From Octopus sinensis (Eukaryota), in the NCBI RefSeq assembly GCF_006345805.1, contig NC_043006.1:83576001-83640000 (forward strand): DNA of 64,000 nt. The letters run 5' to 3'. This document shows, piece after piece, positions 1-13,825 of the stretch. How positions within the stretch are numbered: position 1 is the first letter of the stretch; every line of letters starts with the position of its first letter. The notes below the pieces were generated by a model, which saw only the letters and a program-made list of their open reading frames with translations, was not told the origin of the DNA and ran no database searches. The translations under genes were made by a program, and so were the position numbers.

Positions 1-170
1 AGAAAAACAAAAAGACCTTGAAGCTTCACTGGAGACCATTGCAAGGCAATGTACCTCCACACCCTGTTACCAAAGGAGAGACAATTTGGAACAAATTAGC
101 GCCAGTCAAAATAGATACCCAGAAGTTAGAACATTTATTTGAATCTAGAACGAATGATCTGAAACAAAAG
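1..170 (+). CDS. FHOD3: FHOD formin exon, start of FH2 domain (5' end outside the window)
   Basis: Reads KNKKTLKLHWRPLQ...TIWNKLAPVKIDTQKLEHLFESRTNDLKQK, the FH2 lasso (LHW...IW...LEHLFES). Donor AAG|gtgaaa at 171, phase 0. The symbol denotes the FHOD1/3 (Fhos) family. Confidence 0.93.
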
Positions 171-520
171 GTGAAAATTGGATTTTACAATATTTTCCTT
201 CTATTTTTTCTAGTGTCCGAATTTCTGTTGAGAAATTATATAATTTGACCTTTTGATTAATCTTAATTTTGCTCTGATTTTTCTTCCAGCTGGCAGAAGA
301 TACCCTTTTCATATATGATTTATTTTATAATATTCAGTACAGGCTACAGGCAGGAAGAGGGAAAGGCTTGTTTGCTGTGAAGTAGTCTCTGTAAGATTTA
401 TTTATGTATGCAGGCATGGCTGTCTTTAGTATTTGTAACTGCTTGGTTCCTGGTTCAATCCCACAATGCAGTACTTTGAGGCAAGAGTCTTCTACCATAA
501 CCTCAAAGTGGCCCATCCAT

Positions 521-950
521 TGTTAGTTAGTTAGTTAGTTAATTTTTTGGCTCAAAAAGCATAAAGCAAGGCCATGTAGGGGGACATGGAGTTATGTACA
601 GGGTGGTGTTCATGTAAAGAGTTCAGGCCACTTGTGGTCAAGGGAGACTTTGAACCGAGCGGTTGTTGGCATCTTCACTATCTCGTCCGGCAGCTTATTC
701 CACGGATCCGCAACCCAGACGGAGAAAGCCCCTCTCCTTCGATTGAGATGAAATCGTCGCAGATAGAGCTTTTCGGAGTGACCCCGCAGCCAACGCTCTG
801 GAACAGGAGTGAAGAACAGCTCTTTCGAGAGGTTACACTTTCCGCTTATGATGTTGTGAGCAAGAATGAGATCACCACGGCGGCATCGTTTTTCTAGAGA
901 ATAAAGGTCGAGCGTCTTCAGCCTTTCTTCATAAGACAAATGCCTGTGTG
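521..950 (-). mobile_element. CR1/L2-type LINE 3' fragment
   Basis: Minus ORF LSYEERLKTLDLYSLEKRCRRGDLILAHNII...FSVWVADPWNKLP is typical of a CR1 ORF2 C-terminus; (TAAC)n tail at 521-540. Confidence 0.85.
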
Positions 951-1049
951 AGAAATGTGGCTGAAGTTCATTTATACATAATTTGTGTGAATGTGTACAT
1001 GTATATATGAATATATATCTATTTATATGTATGTATATGTACACATGTG

Positions 1050-1350
1050 AAGGCACATGGCCTAGTGGTTAGAGCAGCAGACTCGCGGTCAAGGGATAGC
1101 TGGTCCGAATCTAAGACCAGGTGATGTGTGTGTTTATGAGCAAAACCCCTAAGCCCCATACAGCTCTGGCAGAAGGTAATGGTGAACTTCTGCTGACTCT
1201 TTCGACACAACTTTCTCTCACTCTTTCCTCCTGCATCTTACAGCTCACCTGCAATGGACCAGTGTCCCATCCAGGTGAGGAACCTATACGCCAAGGAAAC
1301 CGGGAAACCGGCCCTTATGACCCAGGCATGGCTCGAGAAGGAACAAACAA
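1050..1350 (+). mobile_element. tRNA-derived SINE (family C in this window)
   Basis: A-box-like head GGCACATGGCCTAGTGGTTAGAGC; related copy on the - strand at 44,330-44,630. Confidence 0.7.
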
Positions 1351-1724
1351 TATGTACACATATATGTACATGTGTACCTGCATATGTATGTGTGCGAATT
1401 ATGTATAAGAGGGGGAGAGAAAGAGAGAGACATTGTTATCAATACAGAAGTTACAAAACCCATTATGTTCTAACAAAAATACACTAGTATTTTTGTCTGA
1501 CCAGATTAGCTCCTTTTATGCCAATGTCTTCTTTGTATTTCATGTCTTAACTACTGGGGTCAGTGTAATCCCCTGAAACTCTTAACAGTGGTACCCAGCA
1601 TGGCTGTTGTCCAATGACTTAAGCCAGTTATAGAAAATTTAAAGAAGTCAAAATTTTAATTTCATTCAAAATAAATAGGAATTACTTTTTAAGGTAGATT
1701 TCAGTATCTTATCTTTTATATGAT

Positions 1725-2100
1725 TCAGTCATTTGGACTGTGGCCATGCTGGGGCAATGCCTTGAAGTGTTTAGTTGAACAAATCAACCCTAGTACTTAT
1801 TTTTTAAAATCTGCTACTTATTCTATCAATCTCTTTTGCTAAACCACTATGTTACAAGAACATAAATAATAAATGAACACCTGTTGTCAAGCAGTAATGA
1901 AAAGCAGATAGAAACACACACATACATATGTATATGATGGGTTTCTACATAGTTTCCATTTATCAGATTCAGTCACTAGAGATTGGTCAGCTTGGGACTG
2001 TAGTAGAGGACACTTGCCCAAGGTGCCACTTTGTGGCACTGAACCTGGAACCATGTAGTTGCAAAGCAAGCTTCTTAATCACACAGCCATGCCTGTGCCT
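1725..2100 (-). mobile_element. tRNA-derived SINE (family B)
   Basis: Matches copies at 22,005-22,381 and 33,105-33,496 (cagtcatttgactgtggccatgctgg ... gacacttgcccaaggtgccac). Confidence 0.8.
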
Positions 2101-3450
2101 ATAATATTGAAAATTTATTTTAATTAATGAAATGGTTTACCTTTTCTTGTAAAAGAGCTTCATTATTATAACCATCCCCAACTCTATTGTCTCTTAATTC
2201 TTCCAAAACTTTGCAATCTGCTAAAAGAGTTTCAGTATTATTGTTGTTTAATCGTAAGTCAGCATTCCAGCCACGACCATTCTCTTTATTTTCATTTTCA
2301 GTTAGTGGTGATTCTTTTGATCTTTTTTTAAAGATAGATGTAATTTTTTTGCTATTTCTAGTAGTTTGAACGACTACATAAAGATTCTATCATTAGTAGT
2401 GCATACAGTATACAGCCATAGCTCCCTCAACAAAGACTAAATTCCCTTTAAAATAGGGACCATGATTTATTTAAGGAGTCATAATGATAAAGGTGGAATG
2501 GTTGCATCTAAAACATTGATCAGAAGAAGGAAGTTCATGTTAATATTTATGTCATGGAGGCTGGGATTTGTGAATTCTTTCAAAGCATTCAGCTACCTAT
2601 CTCTGTGTTATATATCTATTTAAGCACAGCTTACGAGACACCATAACAACAACAACAAGCTCTTGTATTCTGCAAGCAGCTCATAAGTTCTCTGCTAGAG
2701 AATTTAACCATTCTGTTGATTGCTTTGACCCATAAACATTACAGAAATAGATCAAGTGTCATTGATGTACATTCTTCTATTCTGTTCTATGATCTTTATT
2801 ATCTCTTGTCCATTTTATAGTTTCCTCTTGAGTTTTGTTATTTTTCTATCCCTTGTACAACTAGCTGTTCTCATTCAGGACTTAACAAGATTTTCTGTCT
2901 ACTGCTTTAGACAGAAGAGGTTTGTTACTCTACCCTAAAATGCATGTCTGTGCACTGGCTAGAATTTAGAATAAAAATGACAAATGTCAACTTCATTTCA
3001 AATTGTGTCATAAGAGAGTATTTCTCAGTTGAAAAACAATGCCAGAATAAGCTTAAAATATATTAATATATGTAGTAATTAACAATTCTTTTTCATTGCT
3101 TAATTTCAGATGAGTACGAAATAATTTTGATTTAACCTTTCATAAAATCTTTGCTATGTTTTTATTATGCATACCACTACCGCTGTCCTTAAAATTTCAG
3201 AACAGAGTTTGATATTTTCATAGTGTTTTATATAGTTGCCAGGACTTTTAGTTATGTGTGTTTTGTTTTTACTGAATATCACTACATGTTACACATGAAC
3301 AAGAGAGAATGGTATTTGATCAAACCTACAAAATAGTTAATTGTGTTTAGAAGAGGAAATATATGTTGAATATTTCTTTGTGAAATTAAGAAATTTTACT
3401 TGCATAACATATAGATATTTTTATTATCATCATCATCATCATCATTATTT

Positions 3451-4362
3451 AAGGCAGCAAGCTGGCAGAACCATTAGCGTGCTGATCAGAATGCTTAGTG
3501 GCATTTCGTCCATCTTTATATTCTAAGTTCAAATTCCAACGAGACTGACTTTGCCTTTGATCCTTTCAGGGTCAATAAAATAAGTACCAGTTGAGTACTA
3601 AGGTTGATGTAATTGACTTACACCCTTCCCTGAAATTGCTGGCCTTGTGCCAAAATTTGAAATCATTATTATTATTATTAAGGCAAATGCAGTAAGCTGG
3701 CAGAATCATTAGCACATCAGACAAAATGTTTAGCAGCACATTTCTTCTAGTTCTACTACATTCTAGGTTCAAAACCCGCTGAGGTCAACTTTGCCTTTCA
3801 TCATTTCAGTATTAAAAAGATAAAGTACCAGTCAATTAATGGGATCAACATAATTGACTTGCTTCCTTCCCTCAAAACTGATGGCCTTGTGCTAAAATCT
3901 GAAGCCATTAGGGTGGCAAGCTCTTAGAATAATTAGCACAATGGACAAAATACTTAGCACCATTTCTTCTAGCTCTTTATATTCTGAGTTCAAATCATGC
4001 TGAGGTCAGCTTTACCTTTCATCCTTTCAAGGCTGACAAAACAAAGTACCAGTCAAGTACTGGGGTCAGTATAATTGACTTAACCTTTCTCATCAAAACT
4101 GCTGTCCTTGTTTGAAAATTAGAAACCATTATTATTATTATCCTTGGTAGAAGGCGGCAAGCTGGCAGAATCATTAGCGCTCTGGAAGAAATGCTTACTG
4201 GTATTTTGCCAGTCGCTGTTTAGAGTTCAAATTCCGCCAAGGTCATCTTTGCCTTTTGTCTTTTCAGGCTCAGTAAATTAGGTACCAGTAAAACTCTGGG
4301 GTTGATATAATAGACTAGTCCTCTTCCCCAAAATTTCAGGCCTTGTGCCTATAGTAGAAAGG
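3451..4362 (+). mobile_element. Head-to-tail cluster of four SINE family A copies
   Basis: Four repeats of gctggcagaa..ttagc..gagttcaaattcc..ctttgcctttcatcctttc..aagtaccag..ggccttgtgcc, separated by (ATT)n tails. Confidence 0.85.
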
Positions 4363-4833
4363 ATTATTATCCTTGTTAGAATTAGAAATTCTTAGATAGC
4401 TGAGTCTATGGTTTCATTTTGATTCCAAATTGGAAGTCCTTCATTTCTATTGTTACTTCCTTTTGAAGTTTGTGTTAACTGCCATTTCCTTAAAATTCCC
4501 ATTTCACACCTTAAAAATCAGAAATGAAGTCCTATGGAAATAAGAGAAATAATCTTCATCTTTGCACTATATACCAGCAAATTACATGTTACTTTCTACT
4601 TAGTTCTATGTTCTCTCACAAACTAAATTTCCTCATTCTTTTTTTTTTTTTTAACCTATTATTTTACTTGATAAATGAAACGATAACTTATCCACTTAAT
4701 CATTATAATTCCTCAGGTGCAAGACTTAATGCTGCAAGTGCTACTAAATTGTAAATTTTTCCAGGTAGAAAAAATACATCTTAGTCTGAAATTTTATACT
4801 TCTTGACATTAATTCTATACCAGAACTTTTCTT

Positions 4834-4869
<36 letters not shown>

Positions 4870-5837
4870 TGAGAAGTGATTTTATTTTGAGAATAATATA
4901 ACAGCCTAAGAAAAGCAATTTGTTTTCTAATTAGGTAGATCACAAAGCTCTGAGACAGAATTTTCTCCAACAGGACTAAAAATAACATATCACACACTTG
5001 CTGTGTAGTCTGATGATTTGTATGGATATTCTATTTAGCTGTATTCTACACTAGGCTCAATTAGGAAAAAAAAAACTGCACAGGTTAAATGATGATCTAG
5101 CATTTCCTACACGCATTAATTCTTAGCACCCATATACTTCCTACTGAGGAAAATGTGTCTGTTGCATTTTTATATCACAAACTATTACTATCTGTTGTTG
5201 GTTGACTTTACAGAACCATATAAAAATGATAGAAATACTCCTTTTCTTTTTCAGGTACCCACATTCTATTTATTGATTTTATGCTTTCCTGAAATACTTT
5301 TTAATTTCAGAATTATAATGAATCAAATTGATTCACTTTACTATAAAAATATTTTTGTTTTTAACAATGCATTTTATTTAAAGTGTTCCGCATTTAAAAC
5401 ATTTCTCTATACTTTATTCTGATTTTTTTTCAGCAGTGTTATCCTTGTTAACTAGTGTCACTTTTATTCTCTTACATAGAATATATATCTTCCTTTCTGC
5501 TATCTTAGAGTCTAACAACTAGATATATTTATTTTATTTTATTACAGTCAAGAGCTTTCCATTTATCCCAAGAGTAAACAATGTGGGAGATATCGATTAT
5601 AATGTTAAATTTTTTTTTCTCTTACATGTGACTAAATGTTTTATTATACCAGATGTGTTATTATGACTTAAAATGTAGAACCTTATCTGGCAAAATCATT
5701 AGGACATCAGAAAAAGTTCCCACTACTCCTTACTTATAGCTCTTTAGGTTCTAAGTTCAAATCTTACTACGGTCAAGATTAAGTACCAGTCAAATACTGG
5801 GGTTAACATTATAAACCCCACTTCCTTTTTGTACATA

Positions 5838-5915
<78 letters not shown>

Positions 5916-5944
5916 ATATATATACACACATCAATGTATGAACC

Positions 5945-6255
5945 AAACTCTCAGATGTTATGCATCACTTGTCACAATGTACTTTCAGTCCTTTCTTGAT
6001 TGTGCCTTCTTTTCTATCTTGTCTCAAATCACTTAACTACATCATCCTCCCATCATCGTGGAGGTCTTCCAAATGGCCTTTCCAGTCTCTTAAATACCAC
6101 TTGGCAACTGCATGGCTCTGCTGGTTGTCTGTGAACCTCGTGACATGTTCGCTGCAGCAGAATTTGTGCTTTCAGTATTCTGTGATCACATCACTCACTT
6201 TGCTCTCTTCTCAAATTATCCCACTTTGAATATGGCCACATAATGATATTCTTAG
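5945..6255 (-). mobile_element. Degraded RTE-clade LINE 3' fragment
   Basis: Minus translation includes EHVTRFTDNQQSHAVAKWYLRDWK, resembling the RTE C-terminal motif GHVARFTDNRW..V.EWYPRD.KRP. Confidence 0.6.
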
Positions 6256-7355
6256 CATGGAGATATGTTTAATCAATTATTCGCAGCCCTTGAAAATTGT
6301 GTGTACTCATTTATGCTTATGTCAGGACATCAATATGTCCACCTGTGTTTATGGCAACAAGTTGGTGGAGTTGTTAAGGCAGCAGATAAAATGTCTTGTA
6401 ATACTTGTATCCAGCTCTCAGTACATTGAGTTCAATTCCCTCTGGTGCCAAATTTGCCTTTTATCTTGCAGTGGGTTTAGTAGATAATGATGTAGTCCAA
6501 GGCAGTAAGTTGACAGAATTGTTAAGACATCAGACGGGATGCTTGTGATAGCAGATCTGGCTCTTTGTATTCTGAGATCAAATCCAGCCACCTTATTGAA
6601 GTGGTATTTATAAGCTAGGATTTTTGTGAAATACTGGTGTTAAGTCTAATGTAAAAAAAAAATGACCATTTTTCATAGACAGTCTCTTTATAAAACCAAA
6701 TGTGGTATAAGTTTATAAGATCTAGAGGGTATGGCAAAATTTTAATTTTAAGTTAGAAAATTAATATTATATGTTTGAAATATTGGATTTGAAAAACTGA
6801 ACATCAAATTTGAGTTATAATTTGTTTTACAGTATATCTAATTTATTAATCAATTAATTTTATATTGCAATTTGTAAACAATAGCATTATTGGTTACATG
6901 TTTCCACCAACCCAGTCACTGATTCATTGTTTGAATAACATTTATGAATTCCCTGTTATTTTTATCCCAATACTGATATAAAGTATTAAATGTCTTTTTC
7001 TTTCAAGTAAATTATCAATAATATCTTGTTACCAGAATAACTATGTTTTACTATGTTTTTACCCACAATTAAGAATGTTATGTACTTGTAAAAATTATCA
7101 TAGATGTTTGATTTTATATTTCTCCTCCCTATACTGCACTTACCCAAACAAGCAAGCTACCCTGCAACTGCAATGCAAAAGCCACAGCGCAGCGCTGTCG
7201 TCCATTGACTTGATTTTTCACACTTCTCTTTCAGGAAAGGCTTATAGCACTTGTCTGGTCGAACATTGTTATTAATCACACTCGCTTATTTTCTCTTTTC
7301 ATGCACATTGTTGCTGGATGTCACGCATGATTGCATGTTCGCTGCCAACTAACAG

Positions 7356-7364
7356 GAAGTCGTG
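7356..7364 (+). other. Candidate 9-nt microexon (EVV) of FHOD
   Basis: gctgccaactaacag|GAAGTCGTG|gtaagg; ~106-nt AG-free zone upstream; TGCATG at 7332; frame-preserving in a phase-0 intron. Confidence 0.5.
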
Positions 7365-9075
7365 GTAAGGCACTGACCACCCTAGATGGTGGTCATACAC
7401 ACATGTATCTTCATATATATATATGTATATCTTTATACATATATTCATTCGTCTTATTTTTCATCAGTTTCAACTATTTCCAAAAAGTATTCCATCCTTC
7501 TAATCTGTCATTCCTCTTTACACTATCTTCACTTGTTTCTTCATCATCTTCTTTCCTTCTCTTTTTCCTATCATCTTCATTAGAAAGTTTGGATGCCACA
7601 TATATATTTTTTTGTATAGTTATCCTTAGTTTCTTCAGTCAAAATATATCATTGGTTCACACACCTTGCATTAATAATTTTTTCAACACATCATTGCATA
7701 TGATGTGTATTTATCAATAAAAAAAACAATAATTTGTTGAGTCTGAGAATCTGACTGACACACTTCATTGAAGGTAGGAATAAAAACTACCACAACATCT
7801 ACCAGCAGAGAAAAATGAAAAGAAACCTGTATATTATCAGAATTTGATTGAATAATTCTTTCTTTCAATGAAAAGTATATCTCTTGTTCCTTTGTACTTC
7901 ATTCAAAGAATAGTGGCAAATGACAGGGTCCATCTCAAAAGTTTCAGAAACTTAACTTTACAGTTATTCTTTGCCAAAATTCTTTACCAACACTTCTTAT
8001 TGAATTGAACTTCAATCCATCTATCCTTTCATTTTAATACAGATCCATTGCAGGAATGTAAACAAATTCCAGATGTCTTACCATCATGTGTATTATATAT
8101 ATGTATGTGTATATGTGTGTATATATATATATGCATATATATATGCACATGAATTTGAATCACACTTCATAACTATGAATAAATAGTTTTGAACATTTCA
8201 ACTTCCAGTAAGGGAGACTATTTTCCACTTGCTATTTTCTGTTTTCTCTGATCATTAAGCCTATATACCATATGGCTCTGCTCTTAATGCTGGGTTTGTT
8301 GCTTCTATAACCAAGCTATGTGTGATAAGTTTTCTTTTTGGTGTGTCTACCAAGTGTGTCTCATCGTAAAGTTTGAATATTGTAATTTTTCAATTACCTG
8401 GTTGGTTTTCAACGTGGCTCAACAGACACAGCTTCACTTACGGTTTGTCAGAGGTTTCACTTTAAACTAAAAGTTAAATGTTTGTAGTGTAATTTGTGAC
8501 ACTTCTGGCTGTTGAATTTCATCCAAAATTTCTATTATACTTTTGTCTTATGATATTAACCACATCTTAACTCATATATACATCCATCGCTCTCTATATA
8601 TATATCCTGCAGAGCTTGCATTTAAAAATACAAGGAAATTATATAGATTATATTACAGGCATATTTCTGAATAATGTAACTATCTTCATGTGGAGATATA
8701 ATATATATCTATAGATTTTAAAAAATGGGTTCCTTTCTGTTTATGATTGTTTACTATTGAATAACTTAGATTTCCCTACATCTACTTCTAAATATAACTT
8801 GCAAACCACAAAAATTATTAAAGCAGATTTTACCCAACATCTATGTACATTAGTTGGATATTGAAATATCTGTAATTATTATTTCAGAGTAATACTTGCT
8901 ATGAAAACCAACTGAATAATTTATGAATTTAAATTAGGTGTCATCTAACATTTGGCAATTCTATCTTAGACTTTAGGAAATTCGGAAAAGCATGCCAATT
9001 GCTAATTGATTCCAACACACACACACACACAGATATATATATATATATTCACAGAAGTGACAGGTTCTCACTATC

Positions 9076-9113
<38 letters not shown>

Positions 9114-9614
9114 ATATATTTATTACACCCCAACTCATTTAAGGGCTCTTGTCTTGTGAGTTACTTGGTGACCTCCCTAGCACCAGTACAACCAAAATGT
9201 ACCACGTACATTCTGTAAAGTGGATGGCATTAAGAAGGGCATCCAGCCATAGAAAGCAGACTTTGAAACTTGGTGCAGTCCTCTGGCTATCGGTTGTTAT
9301 TGAACTGTCCGACCCATGTCAGCATGGAAAATGAATGCTAAACAATGATGATATGTATATAGTTTGAGGAAAGATTCCAATATAATTCTTTAAAAAAAGA
9401 TATTGTGAATTTTAGAAAAAAAGTTGTCAGTAAAATAATATTTGTAAATATAATTATGCAGTTACTGAAATTTTAATTGCATGCTTAGTTATGTAGTCAA
9501 GACTGAAACATAAAAACGCATCACTATAAAGGGTCCTGAAATGAAAACCTTTTCTTCAGTTTTCATTTGGTATGTTCCTTGACTATTGTAACCCCTAATA
9601 TATATATATATATA

Positions 9615-10032
9615 CTAGCAAAACACCCGACGCCCAATGGACGGTGCTGAGTTGTCAAACATTTAAACCAAATTTTCTCAAAACAACTTGTCCGGTGATC
9701 CCATAGGCCTCCCCTTTGAGAAACACTGATTTAACCTAAATTTGAGACACCAAACAGGCCCTCTTTCTTTGCGCAAACTGCACGTGCATTTTTCTTGCGT
9801 ACGCGTAGTATCAATCCCAACAGCTGATGTACTTGTGCATACAAATACACGTTCCCACGGCTTTATCGATCGCATTCTCACCTGGAATCAATTTTTGTAA
9901 TTTTTTCAAAAATTATACACCCCTGATACCGTCAGTATCTACATATCAAATTTGAGCGCAATCGGATGGAGGATGCCCGAGATCCTAGAAGACACACACA
10001 CAGACAGAACAGAATGGATTTTTTATAATAGA
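9615..10032 (-). mobile_element. Non-autonomous Helitron-like element
   Basis: On the - strand it begins TC (10,032) and ends CTAG (9,615), with a GC-rich imperfect hairpin next to the CTAG end and an (ACAG)/(AC) tract near the TC end. Inserted between A and T in a (TA)n run, no TSD. Confidence 0.7.
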
Positions 10033-10249
10033 TATATATCTATATATATATTGTTGTCAGCTCTTGTTCTTGTCCAGTAATCATCTCTGCTAGGCTCACA
10101 TGTGAGCTACAAGGCCTGCTCTTGATCTGTAGCTGCAATAACATCTGCTACAGGTGAAGCTACTTCATGCAACAGAAAAGTAATACCTCTCATGTGCTCT
10201 TTCGTATTCTCTCTGTTGTTTCTTCGCAATGGATACTAACCATTGCCAG

Positions 10250-10279
10250 AGAGAAATAAAAATGGATGAAAACAAATTA
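10250..10279 (+). other. Candidate 30-nt cassette exon (REIKMDENKL) of FHOD
   Basis: Pyrimidine tract, then TACTAAC, then cattgccag|AGAGAA...AAATTA|gtattg; in frame, no stop; donor only moderate. Confidence 0.4.
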
Positions 10280-12783
10280 GTATTGATTCTTAATTGAAAG
10301 TTTCATACTAAACTAAAAGTAAACTCTTGGATTATTAATATAAGCAAATTTTCCATTTTTTTTACCTAAGTTTTCTTGTGCTTCTCCCTTTTTTTTTTAA
10401 CGTTTTACAGAAAATGTGTGAAGATTTTTCTGGCCGATTTTTTTTTTTCTTTTGCAAAGCTGAAATATGTTATCTTTTTAAGGCTGTATTTTGTGAAGTT
10501 AATTTTATTTACAAGCATATTATACTGTGTGCTGTGTTGTGTGACAAACTGCAATGGTTTATTAAGATTTCTGTTGAATTGTATATAGTTTAGGAAACAA
10601 TAGCAAAACCTATTTTTATGATTGCTCTTTGTTAGATATGAGAGACAATATCATAAAATTTGTATTAAATCAACACTTTTCTGCAGTATTCACTGAAAAA
10701 GATATTATTTTGTCTCAGTTTACTTTTCTTCTCAATGGATGTCGGAATGGCTTAATGGTTAAGCAGTTCACTTTGCAACCAGGAGGTCTCAAGTTCAATA
10801 CCACTGAATGGTTTGTTGGGAAAGTGTCTTTAACTTTGGATCGACTGAAGTCTTTTGAGTGTAACTGGGTAAATGGAAACTGTAGAAGACCATCAGATGG
10901 ACTCTGTAATTCAAAGGCTCAGTTTCAATTCAATGTGTTCTGCTGATTCTACTTGAGAATTACACAAGGGATACTTAATACATCTGTGGAATACTCAGCC
11001 ATTTCATAAGTTAATCAATGAGTAGGTCGTCTAATTGTTTGAACCACTGGATGCTTTTATGTTGAAATCACCCGGAGGGTTCATCATTTTCTCTACAAAT
11101 TCAATCATATAATTATAATTATAAATAAATCCAAATATGTACTAAGGGGAAGCAATTCGTTTCTATATGTATTAAAAGTTTATTGCCAAGTAGAATGAAG
11201 CCAATAAATTAATTATAATTCAACACTAAATGCACTGCCGATAAATTGATAGAAACTTATGAATGTGCTAAACATAGCACAAACCCATGTACTGCATCCA
11301 ACCTGGTTTCACTCTGATCTTTTGTTTAGATGATATAAAGAGTGATTAATTTAATACTAAAAGAAACTGGAGTAAAGAAATGTATCGAATGAAAATATGA
11401 GATCTTTAAGATATTGTTATTCTAACAAAAACGATTTTAAATTTAATTCCAGTTAACATATCAGACTACTTTTGTCACCATAGTAGGTTATTAAGCTGAA
11501 AAGGCTTCAAGGGTGACTCCATCTAAACTGTAAACAGCTTTAAACACGAATGAAAATCTAAATTTTAAGGATTTTTATTCTTAATGTCTGAAACAGCTTA
11601 AGTTCTATCTACTAAAAGATCTTTTTTTGTGTGTGTGGTTTTGGGTTTTTAGTTTTAATTGCTTCCCCCTACCTTTTAGTAACTTTTGTAACTCTATGCT
11701 TTTTTTAAAAATATATATATATATATATATATCTTTTAAGTTTATTGAATTCTCTTTGGGATATTTAAAAAAAATTATAAATTAAATAATTTTGTTTGCT
11801 ATTTCTTATATCCATAGTCTAAGATTGTGCTTTGTTGCACAGAAATGTGTTTAAAATGCAAGCCTCTCTGATATTTATGTAAAGTGTTGTTTTCATTTTC
11901 TTTCTCCATCAGCCATTTACCGTTTCCCAAGAAATCATCAACTTCGACTCTTCCTCCCTACCCTCATCCAGAAATATTCATGATTCATTTTTATTTTTCA
12001 TCTTTACACATACAGTCATTTTCTTTTTCTTCCCTTTTTTAATGCATGGGTTCTGTCTGAATTTTCTTCATTTTTCTTTTGTTTTCATTTTTTTTTTATA
12101 TTTCATTTTATTTTCTTCAAATAAAGACTTCAGAAATACCATTATCAGAACTGCTTACAAAGAGAAAAAATAGATCTATTTCTGTGAAATTGTAGTTCAA
12201 GATGGATCATCAATTTGACTACAACCCCCCCCCCCTCATATCCAGATCCACTTAGAAAATTTACCTAAGAAAATACATGCTCAAATATTATAAATTCTCC
12301 TTGAAGAGTTTAACAGACAGAAATACAGGATTTTTATTTCTTACTGTTTTACATTCATTTTGCCCTGTGTGATGGTTTTGTGTGTGTGTGTATGAATAGA
12401 ATGTGAGGGAGATAGATAGACATGATCTGAACTAGCTCTTGCTTACATAGGAAAGAATAAATGTAAAACAAATCCACAAACACTTATGTTGTGTGTGTGA
12501 GTGTGTATACATATATATAAAGTAACCAACTGATGAAATTTGTTGGCCTTTTACAGTTTTATAATTATTTATATAATATTATGTCATGTTATATTCATAG
12601 TATTTAATGTATTTAATTCTAATATAAATAAATTATTGGATTGTCGATAGAATATCTCTATATTCAATTTATATATATATATATATATATATTTATGAAT
12701 AATAGAACAGGAGTTTGTAATTAATCACCTACTCTAAAGCATAACCATACTGAGTTCTAACAACTTTATACCTAAGTGAATTC

Positions 12784-12816
<33 letters not shown>

Positions 12817-13825
12817 ATCTAACTCATGCCAGCGTTGAGAAAAAATGGACATAAAACAAATGTACACATTTACAAATTGTTCAGCTGGATCTTTTGGACA
12901 GCTGGATTTATGTCCCTTCTTATTACGAAGGATATTGAAGCTAGCAAAGGGATATGTGTTGCCTGAGAATTATAACACAATACTTGCAACAAATTATCTG
13001 CAACTAGAAATTTCTTAAATACTTACTGATCTTGATCCTATCCAATTTCATTTTTGATTTTTAAAATTTTAAACTCAGCAATTTGCTGTTATATGAACAT
13101 ATTATTTTAATTATTTAATTCTCTTCATTACTACCAGAATGCATAGGGCTGGATTGGATCTTGTGCATTTTTCCAGCCTCTGACAAAGGCATTGCTCCTG
13201 GTCTTTAACATGTCAGCCAAATCAGCTGCTAATGTTCTATGTTGCTCTTAGTATCTTTTAATAGCACTCTCAGAAGGGCTCAGTTTCCTATTGACTCCAG
13301 TTTTAATTTCTTTAGACCCCTTTTCAGCTGTTAAGCAAGATTCAGGCTAGACTATTTTATCTAGAATTCTCATTCTGTGACTATCTCCAAAGTCACCAAC
13401 ACTTTGATGAATAGTGATAGGAAAAAACAATACAGTTTTAGACATCCTTCTAATATGCCGGCAATGACCACTTACTAAAATATCTGCTCACAAATAGTGT
13501 AAACCTACAAATGATGGTAATTCTGCTAATAAATTTAAAACTATGTTGCCCATTATACTTGAACTCTAATTTATTTTACTATTTTAAAGTGACATATTTT
13601 CCCTACCCGAATACTATCAGTGATAACTCTCCCTAACAAGTCTCAGTTTTAACCCTCCTTTTAATACTCTTTAAAATCTTTGTAATATAGGCTCTAAATG
13701 TGTGTGCAGGCACACACATACACACACACACACACAAACACACACATACACAAACACACACAACTGGATGGATAGCACATTGAACTTGCAGGTTTTGAGA
13801 TCAGCTCACATTTGAGGATAATCAC

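Noticed and set aside
5238-5260. Recursive splice site ctttttcag|gtaccc
   Set aside because: The regenerated donor is weak, and such motifs are common in AT-rich introns.
10094-10107. tag|GCTCACAT|gtgagc possible microexon; 14-bp palindrome
   Set aside because: 8 nt is not frame-preserving and there is no AG-free zone; likely chance.
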